From positions 128,001 through 192,000 of the forward strand of contig JAULAX010000009.1 of assembly GCA_032654565.1 (NCBI GenBank): a stretch of DNA of 64,000 bases. The letters run 5' to 3'. Source of the DNA: Anaeromyxobacteraceae bacterium. Its GTDB lineage: Bacteria; Myxococcota; Myxococcia; Myxococcales; Anaeromyxobacteraceae. Positions 20,617-31,529 of this stretch are shown one piece after another; the stretch's first letter is position 1; each line of letters starts with the position of its first letter. Below the pieces are notes generated by a model. That model searched no databases. It was not told where the DNA came from and worked only from the letters and a program-made list of their open reading frames with translations. The position numbers and the translations under genes were made by a program.

Positions 20617-21951
20617 GTGGCCAAGCGCATCGTCTTCACGAAAAGGCTCCAGCTCCTCGGGCTGCTCTCGATCCCCTCGGGCATGCCGCTCGGCTGGATC
20701 TTCAACACCTTCCAGGTCTTCCTGGTCGACCTCGGAATCTCCCGCTCACAGATCGGCCTGCTCTCCGGCGCCTCGCTCCCCTGGACGCTCAAGTTCCTCT
20801 GGGCGCCGCTCATCGACCGCTACGCCCTCCCCTGGCCCGGCCGCCGCCGCAGCTGGATCATCCTCACCCAGCTGGCCCTGGCGCTGGCCTTCGGCGCCCT
20901 GGCCGCCTACGCCTGGCGAGCGCTGGCCGCCAGGGAGGCGGGCACGCCGCTGGCCGCCGCCCCGCTGGTGCTGGGCCTGCTGGCGCTCGGCATCGCCTTC
21001 CTGGGCGCCACCCAGGACATCGCCTCCGACGCCTACGCCGTCGAGTTCCTCCGCCGAGAGGAGCACGCCGCCGCGCCGGGGGTGCGCTCGGTCTACTACT
21101 GGGTCGGCATGCTGCTGGCCGGGGCCGTGGCCATCGGCCTGGTCGACCTGATCGGCTGGACGCTGGTCTTCCTGCTGCTCGGCCTGCTCTTCGTGGCCAG
21201 CGTCGGGCTGGTCTTCTGGTGCGACGAGCCGGAGCACCCCCCGGCGCCGCGCGCCTCCCTGCGCGAGGCGGTGGTGGAGCCGCTGGGGGCCTTCTTCCGC
21301 CGCAAGGACGCCATCGCCATCGCCCTGTTCCTCATCTTCTACAAGTTCGGCGACAACATGGCCGGGACCATGGTCAACCCGTTCCTGAAGGATCTGTGTT
21401 TCTCGAATGCAGAGCTCGGTGCCGCGGTGAAGACCATCGGCATCGTCGCCTCCATCGCCGGGAGCGCCGCCGCCGTCGGGCTCACCATGAAGCTGGGGGT
21501 GGGGCGCGCCCTCTGGGTGCTGGGCATCGCCCAGGCGCTGGCCAACCTGCTCTACGCCGCCGCCGCGGTGAGCCGGGCCGCGCCGCTCGACGCCTCCCTC
21601 TGCGCCGCCGGCCTGCCGCCGCTCGACGCCGCCACCCGGGCCTGGGCCTACCTCAGCATCGCCGGCGAGTACGGTGCCAAGTCGATGGCCTCGGTGGCGC
21701 AGGGGGCGCTGCTGCTGCGGGTCTGCGACAAGAAGAACGCCGTCACCCAATTCGCGCTCCTCACCAGCCTCTTCGCGGTGGGGCGCTGGACCGCCGGCCT
21801 CCCCTCCGGCTACCTGGTCGACCTGCTCGGCTACCCGGTCTTCTTCACCCTCTGCGCCACGGTGGTGGCGGTGCCGGGGCTGGTCTTCCTGCAGCGGATC
21901 GCGCCGTTCGGGCAGAAGGACGTGGCCGGCCCGTCGGGCGAGCAGGGCTGA
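20617..21951 (+). CDS. ampG: AmpG-family muropeptide MFS permease
   Basis: SGMPL, LPWTLKFLWAPLIDR, RRRSWI, ATQDIASDAY, YKFGD, TQFALLTSL. Confidence 0.88.
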   Translation: MAKRIVFTKRLQLLGLLSIPSGMPLGWIFNTFQVFLVDLGISRSQIGLLSGASLPWTLKFLWAPLIDRYALPWPGRRRSWIILTQLALALAFGALAAYAWRALAAREAGTPLAAAPLVLGLLALGIAFLGATQDIASDAYAVEFLRREEHAAAPGVRSVYYWVGMLLAGAVAIGLVDLIGWTLVFLLLGLLFVASVGLVFWCDEPEHPPAPRASLREAVVEPLGAFFRRKDAIAIALFLIFYKFGDNMAGTMVNPFLKDLCFSNAELGAAVKTIGIVASIAGSAAAVGLTMKLGVGRALWVLGIAQALANLLYAAAAVSRAAPLDASLCAAGLPPLDAATRAWAYLSIAGEYGAKSMASVAQGALLLRVCDKKNAVTQFALLTSLFAVGRWTAGLPSGYLVDLLGYPVFFTLCATVVAVPGLVFLQRIAPFGQKDVAGPSGEQG

Positions 21952-22031
21952 GGCGCGACCGCGGGGCCGACGGTTCGGCGCGCCCTTCCTGCGCCGACCG
22001 CTTTCCTCACGCTGCCTTGAACCCCGCCAGG

Positions 22032-23421
22032 TCAGTCCACAGGCAGGGAGATCGAGGACCTGCGCTGCAGGAGCGTTCCCAGCGCCGTCAGCTGGAACTG
22101 CCTTCCGTCGAACGCCCCGACGTCGCTCGCCAGGCTCGGCGCCGGTGGCTGGCATGGGTGACCAGCCGTCGGTCGCGGGGTCGTAGATGCCGCCGTCGCG
22201 GGCCAGCGTGGCCGCGGTGAAGTACTGCGGGACGGCGCCGGACCAGACCAGGAGCCGATCGCCGGTCCAGGCGGTCAGCGGGTTCTTGCGGGAGGAGGGG
22301 GCGCCGGCCTGGGCCATGGCCGTCCAGGTGTCGGTGGCGGGGAGGTAGCGGCCACCGGCGGCGCCGGTGGTGACGAAGAGCTCGGTGCCGGTCCAGAGTG
22401 TGGCGGTCCCGCCCCCGTAGGCGGACATCGGCGTCCAGACGTCCCCGACCGGGTCATAGCGCCTCGCCACGCCCTTGGTCGCCTGGGGGATCCCGACGCC
22501 GCCGCTGTAGTCGTAGACCACGCCCAGCACCAGCACCTGGGCGCCGGTCCAGGCGGCGCGCCATCCGAAGTCGACGACCGGGGCGCCCACGGCCGAGATG
22601 GGGCGCCAGCTGTCGGTGGCCGGGTCGTAGCGGCCGCCGCTCAGGTCGGCCACGCCACCCCAGACCACCAGCTCGGTCCCGGTCCAGACGGCGACGTGGC
22701 CGACCCGCGCCGAGGGGGCGCCGGTGGTGGACATGGCGCGCCAGGAGTCGGCGACCGGGTCGTACCGGCCGCCGGTGGCGACGGCAGCGTAGGCCACCGT
22801 CCCGCCCCAGACGATCATCTCGTTCCCGCACCAGGTGGCGGTGTGGCCGGTGCGGGCCGCCGGCGCCCCCGCCACCGCCATGGGCCGCCAGGAGTCGCTG
22901 GCCGGGTTGTACCGGCCGCCCGCCAGCGTGGTCGGCGTGCCGCCCCAGACCACCAGCTCGGCGCCGGTCCAGACGGCGGCGTGGCCGGTCCGCGCCGTCG
23001 GCGCGCCGGCGGTCGCCAGGGGGCGCCAGTGGGCGGTGGTGAAGGTCCAGGAGCCCGGCGCGGCGAGCGCTCCGCCGCGGGCGGACCTCACCCCGGGGGC
23101 GAGCGTGGCGGTCAGCGAGGCGGCCCCGGGGAAGGGGAGCGCCGGCGTGAAGGTGGCCGCGACCCCGGACACCACCACGCTCCCGGCGATGGCGGCGCCC
23201 CCGGTGCGGGCGACGGTGAAGCCGGCCTCGAGGCTGGCCGGGTCCATGGCCTCGGAGAAGGTGACGGTCACCGACGTGGCGGTCGACTCGGTGAGGTCCG
23301 CCGAGGGGCTCCGGGTGAGCACCGAGGGGGCGGGCGGGAGCGGAGCGGAACTGCCTCCGCACCCCGCGCCGAGCAGCACCGCCACGCCGAGCAACGTCGT
23401 CCTGGCCACGTTCATGGTCAC
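22032..23421 (-). pseudogene. Lipoprotein with Ig-like (Big_5) domain and Kelch-like repeats; probable 3' frameshift
   Basis: LGAGC lipobox, VTFSEAMD, repeated GAP.AR.GH.AVWTG..GGRYDP; frame lost near 22140, original frame runs on antisense into ampG. Confidence 0.65.
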
Positions 23422-23637
23422 GTCCCCTCCGGGGTCGAATACCGCGATGCTGCCATCATCCTGGGGGCGGCCGCGAGCTGCCCACCCCGAGCGCCTCCTC
23501 GCCGGGCCACTCGTTCACCCATGGTCTACGCTCCCGGGAGAGGTGGATAGATCCTTTGCACCCGGTCACCTACGGGGCAACAGGATGGGCTGCGGTAAGA
23601 TGCCCGACCCGGGGTCGGGCCGGCGGGCCTCGCGGCG

Positions 23638-25146
23638 CTACAGGCCGCCGCCGTCGCGGCCGAGCTCCAGCACGTCGACCGTGGCCCGCCGCTCCATCAC
23701 CCGCACCGGCCAGGCGTGGTAGGCGCGCAGCCAGCGCTCCGCCTCGCGCTCCGGCTCCTCGCCGCGCGGCCGGCAGATGCGCAGCGAGGCCGCCGGCAGC
23801 GCCTTCCACTGCGCCACCGTCGGCGTGGCCCGGTGGCTCACCCCCCAGACCCGCCACGGACCGTCACCGCCCGCCGAGCGCAGCCCCCGCTCCCGCGCCA
23901 CCAGGGAGGCGTGCCAGACGCCGGTCCAGACCGACCAGTAGTCGCCGGCGATGAGCTGGCAGCGGGCCGCCAGCACGTCCTCGGTGAGCCGGCCGGTCCG
24001 GCCGTCGAGGTCGGCGCGGACGCCGGCCAGCGACGGCGCGCCGCCCACCGCCAGCGCCGCCAGTGGCAGCGCCAGCAGCGCCGCGGCGAAGGCCGGCCTC
24101 GAGGCCCGGGCCGCCCGCGCCAGCGGCTCGGCCAGCAGCGAGATCACCGCCAGGTGGAGCAGCACCGCCGCCGGCGCCAGGTAGCGGGGGTGGTGGTCGT
24201 TCTCCGCCACCCAGGAGAGGGCGCCGACGAAGGCGGCGTAGGCCACCGCGGCGAACAGCAGGGTCCCGGCCCGGACCAGGGCGTCGCGCCGCCAGCCGCG
24301 CGAGGAGGGGAGCGCCAGCAGCGCCCCGCCCAGCCCGGCGCCGAGCAGCAGGGCCACGCCCCAGCCGGGCGCCTCGGCCCAGGCCCGGGCCACCGTCGCC
24401 CCCCAGGCGGCCGGCCATCGCCCCGGCGGCAGGAAGCCGACCGCCAGCCGCAGCGGCTGGCCGGTGACCACCGGGTAGAGCCTGATCGAGAGCTGCCCGG
24501 CCGCGAGACCAACCGCCAGCAGCCCGGCGTCGACCAGCAGCCGCTCCCGCACCGCGCCGCGCGCCTCGGCCGGCTCGGTGAACCAGTCCTCCAGCGCCCG
24601 GGCCAGCGCCAGCAGCCCCAGCACCACGCCGGTGGCCGGGTTGACGGCGTGGGCCAGCAGCACCAGCAGCAGCCCCGCCGCCAGCCGCCAGCGCGGCCGG
24701 CGCCCGCCCCCCGGGGCGGGCTCGGCGAAGGCCAGCCCGCCGAGCGCCAGCGCCAGCGCCAGGCCGTAGGGCTGGTCGCCGAGGAACTCGAAGCGCCAGG
24801 GGGCCGGGGCGAAGAGCAGCAGCGTGGCCGCCGCCGCCGCCCCCACCAGCGGCCAGTCGCGCTCGGCGAAGAGGTGGCGGGCCAGCAGCACCACGGTGGC
24901 CAGCCCGGCGAAGATCATCAGGCCGCGCTGCAGCAGCAGGTTCCAGAGCGGGTCGCGGACCGGCAGCGCCAGCAGCGGCACCAGCATGCCGAACCGCTCC
25001 TGGTCCCAGTAGAAGGGGGTCCAGCGCTGCAGCGACACCAGCACCGGGACGATGGAGTCGCCGTGCTCCAGCCGGTGGAGGTCGCCGAGATCGAGCAGCG
25101 CCGCCGCCGCCACCAGCGCCGCCAGCAGCGGCCAGGCGCGGCGCAT
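23638..25146 (-). CDS. Polytopic membrane protein, possibly GT-C-like
   Basis: About 12 hydrophobic segments; first loop EHGDS..FYWDQERFG; C-terminal soluble GDYWSVW domain. Confidence 0.6.
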   Translation of the reverse strand: MRRAWPLLAALVAAAALLDLGDLHRLEHGDSIVPVLVSLQRWTPFYWDQERFGMLVPLLALPVRDPLWNLLLQRGLMIFAGLATVVLLARHLFAERDWPLVGAAAAATLLLFAPAPWRFEFLGDQPYGLALALALGGLAFAEPAPGGGRRPRWRLAAGLLLVLLAHAVNPATGVVLGLLALARALEDWFTEPAEARGAVRERLLVDAGLLAVGLAAGQLSIRLYPVVTGQPLRLAVGFLPPGRWPAAWGATVARAWAEAPGWGVALLLGAGLGGALLALPSSRGWRRDALVRAGTLLFAAVAYAAFVGALSWVAENDHHPRYLAPAAVLLHLAVISLLAEPLARAARASRPAFAAALLALPLAALAVGGAPSLAGVRADLDGRTGRLTEDVLAARCQLIAGDYWSVWTGVWHASLVARERGLRSAGGDGPWRVWGVSHRATPTVAQWKALPAASLRICRPRGEEPEREAERWLRAYHAWPVRVMERRATVDVLELGRDGGGL

Positions 25147-25179
25147 GCGGGACGGGTCCGGGTCGACGGCGCCGGGCGG

Positions 25180-25899
25180 CTACTTCGCCACGGCCCGCGC
25201 GGCCCGCTCCCTGGCCTCGGCCGCCAGCGCCCTCACCGAGAAGCCCGGGGTCTGGGCGTACTCGTCGGTGGCGTCGGCGTGATAGGGGCGGGCCGAGGCC
25301 CGCATCGCCGCCAGCTTGTCGGCGGGGATGGAGGGCGAGGGACGGCGCAGCCAGGGATCCGACTGGTAGCTGACCGGCGGGCCGCGCAGCAGGGCCTTCT
25401 CGTCCTGCAGCTGCCCGCTCCGCTCCAGCGACGGCGGGGCGTGCTCGCCGGTGTCCATGCGGATGGCGTCCTTGGGGCAGGCCTCCACGCAGAAGCCGCA
25501 GACCACGCAGCGCAGCTCGTCGATGACGAACTTGACCGGGTACTTCTCGATGGGGTCGCCCGCCACCTCGCCGGCCTCGATGTAGATGCACTGGGCCGGG
25601 CAGGCGGTGGCGCACATGTAGCAGGCCACGCAGCGGGGGTTGCCGTCCTCGCGGGGGACCAGCCGGTGCAGGCCGCGGTAGCCGGGCGGGTACGGCGCCT
25701 TCTCCTCCGGGTACTGCAGGGTGACGTTGTCCGAGTACCCCAGGCCGCGCGGCCGCTCCAGGATGTCGGGGTTGGCGTCGCGCGAGAAGAAGAGGTTCCT
25801 GAGGAAGTGGCCGGCGAGCGTGCCGATGCCCCGGATCACCTCCGGGAAGTAGATCCGCTCGCGGAAGTCGAGGGGCCGATTGTCGAGCTGGTAGGGCAT
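25180..25899 (-). CDS. nuoI: NADH-quinone oxidoreductase subunit I (operon L)
   Basis: [31 protein letters not shown]. Confidence 0.95.
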   Translation of the reverse strand: MPYQLDNRPLDFRERIYFPEVIRGIGTLAGHFLRNLFFSRDANPDILERPRGLGYSDNVTLQYPEEKAPYPPGYRGLHRLVPREDGNPRCVACYMCATACPAQCIYIEAGEVAGDPIEKYPVKFVIDELRCVVCGFCVEACPKDAIRMDTGEHAPPSLERSGQLQDEKALLRGPPVSYQSDPWLRRPSPSIPADKLAAMRASARPYHADATDEYAQTPGFSVRALAAEARERAARAVAK

Positions 25900-25911
25900 G
25901 TCTCGCTCCCT

Positions 25912-27315
25912 CTAGTGCCCGGCCGCGTGGGCCGCGCCGTGGCCGCCGTGGCCGCCGTGGTCCGGGCTGGCGCCGTGGGCCGGCGCCGGCCGGCCGGAGG
26001 CGCCCACCAGCACGCCGATGACGACGATGGTGGCCAGGCCGATCCAGGCCAGCAGCTGCAGCGACGGGTCGATGAGGATGGCCGCCCCGGTGACGAAGAT
26101 GTTCACCAGCGCCGCCGGCAGCAGGATCTTCCAGCAGAGCTTCTGGATCTGGTCGTAGCGGAAGCGCGGCAGCAGCCAGCGGATCACCAGCTGCAGCCAC
26201 ATCAGCAGGATCATCTTCACCAGGAAGGCCCCGGCGCAGATGGCGGCGAACCAGACGGGCGTGACGCTGGCGCGAAGCCACTCGGTGTTGACCACCAGCG
26301 GGTGCCAGCCGCCCAGGAAGACGGCGGTGATGACGCCGGCGAAGACGGCGATCTCCATGAACTCGGCGAGGAACATCATGCCGAACTTCATGCCCGAGTA
26401 TTCGATGAAGTAGCCGACGATCTCCGACTCGCCCTCGGGCAGGTCGAAGGGGGCGCGCTTGGTCTCGGCGAAGCCGGAGGTGAAGAAGATCAGGAAGCCG
26501 ATGGGCTGCAGCAGCAGGCCGATGGCCGGGATGCTCCCCATCACCCCCTGCCCCTGGGCCACCACCATCTCCTCGAGGCGCAGGGTCTTGTAGGCCATCA
26601 TGACGCCCACCAGCGAGAGCCCCATCGAGACCTCGTAGGAGATCATCTGCGAGGAGGCGCGGACGCCGCCCAGCAGCGCCAGCTTGTTGTTGGAGGCCCA
26701 GCCGGCCAGCGAGGTGCCGTAGACCGAGAGCGAGGCGATGGCGAAGAGGTAGAGCAGGCCGGCGTCGAGCTGCGCCACCTGCAGCGAGACCGCCCGCCCG
26801 GCCCCGGCGGCGGCGCCGAAGAAGGCGCCCAGGTCGATGGCCGGCCCCACCGGGACGATGGCGAAGAGGCAGAAGACCGGGGCGAAGGAGAGCACCGGCG
26901 CGAGATCGAAGAGCAGCTTGCTGCGCACGTCGGGCGCGGCCCGCTCCTTGGTGAGCATCTTCAGGGCGTCGGCCAGCAGGTAGGGGATGCCGCCCAGCGG
27001 GTGGCCGGCCACGGTGATGCGGTTGGCGCCGATGCGGTTCTGCAGCAGCGCCGACCACTTGCGCTCGGCCACCGTGAGCAGCGACCCGGAGATCATCACC
27101 ACCACCATCAGCAGGGTCAGCACGTTGCCGACGGCGACGCCGTAGGAGACGGCGGCCGGGCTGATGGAGCCGGCCGGGTTCCAGCCGAAGAGGATGGACA
27201 GGGCGTTGAAGCCCCAGCCCAGGCCGGCCGCCGCCCAGTAGAAGCCGGCGCCGAGGACCACCAGGAAGCCGACCAGCAAGGCCAGCGTCAGGGACATGCC
27301 AAAGAAGCGCTTCAC
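25912..27315 (-). CDS. nuoH: Complex I subunit H (operon L), N-terminally extended, His-rich tail
   Basis: ERKWSA..QNRIG, ADALKMLTKE, ISYE, AETKRAPFDLPEGESE, PRFRYDQ. Confidence 0.95.
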   Translation of the reverse strand: MKRFFGMSLTLALLVGFLVVLGAGFYWAAAGLGWGFNALSILFGWNPAGSISPAAVSYGVAVGNVLTLLMVVVMISGSLLTVAERKWSALLQNRIGANRITVAGHPLGGIPYLLADALKMLTKERAAPDVRSKLLFDLAPVLSFAPVFCLFAIVPVGPAIDLGAFFGAAAGAGRAVSLQVAQLDAGLLYLFAIASLSVYGTSLAGWASNNKLALLGGVRASSQMISYEVSMGLSLVGVMMAYKTLRLEEMVVAQGQGVMGSIPAIGLLLQPIGFLIFFTSGFAETKRAPFDLPEGESEIVGYFIEYSGMKFGMMFLAEFMEIAVFAGVITAVFLGGWHPLVVNTEWLRASVTPVWFAAICAGAFLVKMILLMWLQLVIRWLLPRFRYDQIQKLCWKILLPAALVNIFVTGAAILIDPSLQLLAWIGLATIVVIGVLVGASGRPAPAHGASPDHGGHGGHGAAHAAGH

Positions 27316-27325
27316 GCGTTCCTCC

Positions 27326-29086
27326 TCACCAGCCGCTCGGCGCGACGCCGCGCTCGATGGGCTCGGCGCCCTCGGGAGCCATGCGATCCTTCTGCCCGGC
27401 CAGCCGGCCGTCGACGGTGCCGGCGGCCAGCGGCACGAAGCCCCGGCGGCGACCGGCCGACGGGAGCGAGTCCCAGCTGAAGTCGGGGCCGAGCGCCCCG
27501 GCCAGCTTCGGCGAGAGCGCCAGCCAGGCCTCGCGGTTGCTGCGCCACGGGGTCTTCAGCCCCAGCCCGCGCCCCAGCGCCGCCGCCAGGTCGGCGTGCG
27601 GCCGGGCCTCGCCGCGGGGGAACCAGGCCGCCTCGAAGCGCTGGCCGCGCCCCTCGAAGTTGACGTAGGTGCCGTCGGCCTCGGCCACGGTGGCCGCCGG
27701 CAGCAGCACGGTGGCGGCCTCGGCCAGCGGGCCGCCGTTGCTGGCCTGCACCACCAGGGTGGGGAGCGAGGCCAGCGCCCCGGCCGCGGCCGGCAGCTCG
27801 GCGCCGACCGCCCAGAGCGCCTTGACCGTGCCCGCCCCGGCCGCCGCCACCAGCTCGGCGAAGGGCCTGACGGCGAGGCCGAAGGCCCGGGCCGCCAGCT
27901 CCAGCCCCTTGCGGTTGGGGTTCTCGTCGGCCTGCTTGAGGAACTGGTCGTGCCAGCCGTCGGGCCGGCCACCGGCGTAGACCTCGGTGACGCCCAGCCC
28001 CTCGCCGGCCACCGCGCAGGCGACCAGCAGGTCCTCGAGCGAGCAGAGCGGCGAGAGCAGCACCGCCACCCCGCCCCTGGCCCTGGCGGCGGCCAGCGCC
28101 GTGGCGGCCGCGGCCACCGCGGCGTCACGCCCCTCGGGCCGCCCCTCCGGGCCACGCCCCAGCCGCGCCTTCAGGACCCGGCCGGTGTTGAAGGGCTTGT
28201 AGGTGAGCCGCCCCTGGTCGCACATCCACTCCTGGTTGACGGCCTGGTTCTCGCGCGGGCGCAGCCGGTAGGCCGACTCGCCGAGGTAGTCGAGGGAGAC
28301 GTTGCAGCCCCGGCTGCAGCCGGTGCAGATGGAGCGGGCCGTGCTCATGAACCAGACCCGGCCGCTGAAGCGGAAGTCGGTGGAGGTGAGGGCGCCCACC
28401 GGGCAGAGGTCGACCACGTTGCCGGCGTACTTGTCGTCGAGCGGCTGGCCGGGGAAGGCGGTGATCTCGCTGCGGGTGCCGCGGTTGGCGACGCCCAGCT
28501 GCGGGTTCTTGGCCACCTCGCGCATGAAGCGGACGCAGCGGGTGCAGAGGATGCACCGCTCCTGGTCGAGGGTGACGGTGGGCCCCAGCGCCACCCGCTT
28601 CTGCTTGACGTTCTTGGGGATGTCGAGGCGGGAGGGCTTGGCGTCGTACTGGACGTAGTAGTCCTGCAGCTTGCACTCGCCGGCCTGGTCGCAGATGGAG
28701 CAGTCGACCGGGTGGTTGAGGAGCAGGAACTCCAGGGTGGCGCGCTGCTGGTCCTTCACCTTGGCGGTGTCGGTCTTGACGGCGACGCCCTCGCCCAGGG
28801 TGGCCTGGCAGCCCGGCATCAGCTTGCCGCCCGGGGCGTTGGACATCTCGACCAGGCACATGCGGCAGTTGGCGGCCACCGAGAGCCGCTTGTGCCAGCA
28901 GTAGTAGGGGATCTCGATCCCCATGGCCGTGGCCGCCTCGATGACGGTGGTGCCGGGCTTCACCACCACCTCGCGCCCGTCGATGGTGGCGGTCACCATC
29001 CCCGGGTTCCTGGGGGGCGGCGGCGCGGGCGGGCCGGCCGGCTTGGGAGCCGCGGCGGGCGCTTCGGGCTTCTTCTCCTCGGCCAT
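27326..29086 (-). CDS. nuoG: Complex I subunit G (operon L)
   Basis: YYCWH..ANCRMC, HPVDCSICDQAGEC, CILCTRC, CPVGAL, CTGCSRGC; start refined to MAEEKK. Confidence 0.92.
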   Translation of the reverse strand: MAEEKKPEAPAAAPKPAGPPAPPPPRNPGMVTATIDGREVVVKPGTTVIEAATAMGIEIPYYCWHKRLSVAANCRMCLVEMSNAPGGKLMPGCQATLGEGVAVKTDTAKVKDQQRATLEFLLLNHPVDCSICDQAGECKLQDYYVQYDAKPSRLDIPKNVKQKRVALGPTVTLDQERCILCTRCVRFMREVAKNPQLGVANRGTRSEITAFPGQPLDDKYAGNVVDLCPVGALTSTDFRFSGRVWFMSTARSICTGCSRGCNVSLDYLGESAYRLRPRENQAVNQEWMCDQGRLTYKPFNTGRVLKARLGRGPEGRPEGRDAAVAAAATALAAARARGGVAVLLSPLCSLEDLLVACAVAGEGLGVTEVYAGGRPDGWHDQFLKQADENPNRKGLELAARAFGLAVRPFAELVAAAGAGTVKALWAVGAELPAAAGALASLPTLVVQASNGGPLAEAATVLLPAATVAEADGTYVNFEGRGQRFEAAWFPRGEARPHADLAAALGRGLGLKTPWRSNREAWLALSPKLAGALGPDFSWDSLPSAGRRRGFVPLAAGTVDGRLAGQKDRMAPEGAEPIERGVAPSGW

Positions 29087-29117
29087 TCCTATTCCTCCCG
29101 GTGCTGCAGGCGGGTCG

Positions 29118-30356
29118 TCACTGCTCGACCTCGCCACCGATCATGTTGATGGAGTCGAAGACGGGGACCAGGTCGGAGAGCAGCGCCCCCTGGAGGATGA
29201 CCGGCAGGGCGGCCAGCATGGGCCAGCCCGGCGCCCGCAGCCCGATCTTGTAGGGGCGGCCGCTGCCGTCGGAGACCAGGTAGAAGCCGAGCTCGCCGTT
29301 GGCCGCCTCGGTGTACCCGTAGGCCTCGCCGGCGGGGACCTGGATGCCCTCCATGATCAGCTTGAAGTGGGCCATGACGCCCTCGATGGTCCCGTAGACC
29401 TCCGGCTTGGGCGGCAGCACGTAGCGGAAGTCGCGCACCACCAGCTCGCCCGGCGCCATGTCGCGCAGGCACTGGCGGACCATCCGGTCCGACTGCTTCA
29501 TCTCCTCGATGCGGACCAGGTAGCGGTCGAAGGTGTCGCCGTTGCTGCCCACCGGGATGTCGAAGTCGAGCCGGTCGTAGACCAGGTAGGGCGCCGCCTT
29601 GCGGATGTCGTAGGGCTCGCCGGAGGCGCGCAGGCAGGGGCCGGTGAAGCCGAGGTCGAGGGCGTCGGCGCGGCTCACCGTGCCCACGCCGCGGGTCCGG
29701 TCCACGAAGATGCGGTTGCGGGTGAGCAGGGCGTCGATCTCGTCGCGGATCAGCACCACCCGGTCCAGGGTGGCCACGGTCTTCTCGCTCCAGCCCTCGG
29801 GGATGTCGCGGGAGACGCCGCCGATGCGCGCGTAGTTGGAGGTGAGCCGGGCGCCGCACAGCTCGGTGAGCCGGTCCCAGAGCAGGTCGCGCCCCTCGAT
29901 GGCGTAGAGGAAGACGGTCATGGCGCCGAGCTCGAGTCCGAGCGCGCCCACCAGCGTCAAATGGTCGCAGATGCGGTGGATCTCGGAGGTGATGGTGCGC
30001 AGGTACTGGGCCCGCTCCGGCACCTCCAGCTTGCAGAGCTTCTCGACCGCCAGCGCGAAGCCGACGTTGTTCATGATCGAGCTGACGTAGTTGAGCCGGT
30101 CGGTGTAGGGGAAGACCTGCGTCCAGGTGACGTTCTCGCAGCTCTTCTCGAAGCCGCGGTGCAGGAAGCCGATGTCGAGCTTGCAGCTGGCGATGTTCTC
30201 GCCCTCCAGCTCCACCACGGCGCGCGCCGTCCCGTGCATGGCCGGGTGCGACGGCCCCAGGTTGACCAGCATGCGCTTCGACGACAGCGGGGCGTCGAGC
30301 TCGCTGGAGCGCGGCGCCGCCACCTGCTTCACCACTTCCTTCACCTCGGTCGACAT
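29118..30356 (-). CDS. nuoD: Complex I subunit D (operon L)
   Basis: NLGPSHPAMHG, GFLHRGFEK, DRLNY; no NiFe CxxC motifs. Confidence 0.95.
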   Translation of the reverse strand: MSTEVKEVVKQVAAPRSSELDAPLSSKRMLVNLGPSHPAMHGTARAVVELEGENIASCKLDIGFLHRGFEKSCENVTWTQVFPYTDRLNYVSSIMNNVGFALAVEKLCKLEVPERAQYLRTITSEIHRICDHLTLVGALGLELGAMTVFLYAIEGRDLLWDRLTELCGARLTSNYARIGGVSRDIPEGWSEKTVATLDRVVLIRDEIDALLTRNRIFVDRTRGVGTVSRADALDLGFTGPCLRASGEPYDIRKAAPYLVYDRLDFDIPVGSNGDTFDRYLVRIEEMKQSDRMVRQCLRDMAPGELVVRDFRYVLPPKPEVYGTIEGVMAHFKLIMEGIQVPAGEAYGYTEAANGELGFYLVSDGSGRPYKIGLRAPGWPMLAALPVILQGALLSDLVPVFDSINMIGGEVEQ

Positions 30357-30401
30357 GGAACCTCGCCTGGCGCCGCCTGGCGGCGCCGGTCCAAAGTGCG
30401 G

Positions 30402-30947
30402 CTACTCGCTGCGCTCCGCCGGCCCCGGCCCGCGGAACTGCTCGGCGGGGACTTCCAGCTCCGTCACCAGCGGCTGCCGCCCGCGCAGCGGGTAGTCCTT
30501 GCGCAGCGGGTGGCCGACAAACTCGTCGTACATGTAGAGGCGGCGGTGGTCGGGGTGGCCGGTGAAGGTCAGGCCGTACATGTCGAAGCAGTAGCGCTCG
30601 AACCAGTTGGCGCCGCGCCAGATCCCGCAGACGCTGGGCAGCACCGCGTCGCCCTCGGCCACCTGGACCCGCAGCCGGATCCGCCAGTTGCGGGTGGTGG
30701 AGAGCAGGTTGTAGACCACCTCGAAGCGCGGCTCCCGCCCCAGGTAGTCGACGGCGGTGATGTAGGGCGCCAGGTTGAACTGCATCCCGGGATCGTCGCG
30801 GAGGAACTGGCAGACCTCGAGCAACCGCTCGCGGGTGACCACGGCGACGTCGTCGCCGCCCGGGCCGGTGGCGGCGCCGCTGACGCCGTCCCCGTGGACT
30901 GGATCCTTGAAGCGCTCGACGAGCGCGTCGATGACGGCCTTGGACAT
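30402..30947 (-). CDS. nuoC: Complex I subunit C (operon L)
   Basis: TAVDY, ANWFER..DMYG..GHPDHRRL, GHPLRKDYP. Confidence 0.95.
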   Translation of the reverse strand: MSKAVIDALVERFKDPVHGDGVSGAATGPGGDDVAVVTRERLLEVCQFLRDDPGMQFNLAPYITAVDYLGREPRFEVVYNLLSTTRNWRIRLRVQVAEGDAVLPSVCGIWRGANWFERYCFDMYGLTFTGHPDHRRLYMYDEFVGHPLRKDYPLRGRQPLVTELEVPAEQFRGPGPAERSE

Positions 30948-30959
30948 GGTGGTCCTCGC

Positions 30960-31514
30960 CTACCGCGGCCGCGGCGCCTGCCCGAGCACGGGGAGCGGCC
31001 TGCCTTCGGTGAACTGGTGGTGCTGCCCCTGGATCTTCGCCTGCAGCATCATGATGCCGTCGAGCACCTGCTCCGGCCGCGGCGGGCAGCCGGGGACGTA
31101 GACGTCGACGGGGATGATCCGGTCGATGCCCTGCACGGTGGCGTAGTTGTCGTAGAAGCCGCCCGAGGAGGCGCAGACCCCGAAGGCCATCACCCACTTG
31201 GGCTCGGAGATCGACTCCCAGACCCGGCGCAGGATGGGGGCCTGCTTGCAGTTGACGGTCCCCACCACCATCAGCAGGTCGGCCTGGCGTGGCGAGAAGC
31301 GCGGCAGCGCGGCGCCGAACCGGTCGAGGTCGTAGCGGGCCGCCGCCAGCGTCATGTACTCCATCCCGCAGCAGGCGGTGACGAAGGGGTACTGGAAAAG
31401 AGAATACTTGCGGGCCCAGCCCAGCCCCTGCGAGACCATCTTCTCGAGCGCGCCCATGGCGTCGTCTCGGCGGGTGGGGATGATGCCGGGGATGGCGTCG
31501 AGTTCCGTGGACAT
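30960..31514 (-). CDS. nuoB: Complex I subunit B (operon L)
   Basis: [22 protein letters not shown]. Confidence 0.95.
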   Translation of the reverse strand: MSTELDAIPGIIPTRRDDAMGALEKMVSQGLGWARKYSLFQYPFVTACCGMEYMTLAAARYDLDRFGAALPRFSPRQADLLMVVGTVNCKQAPILRRVWESISEPKWVMAFGVCASSGGFYDNYATVQGIDRIIPVDVYVPGCPPRPEQVLDGIMMLQAKIQGQHHQFTEGRPLPVLGQAPRPR

Positions 31515-31529
31515 GTGTCGGTGCTCCCC

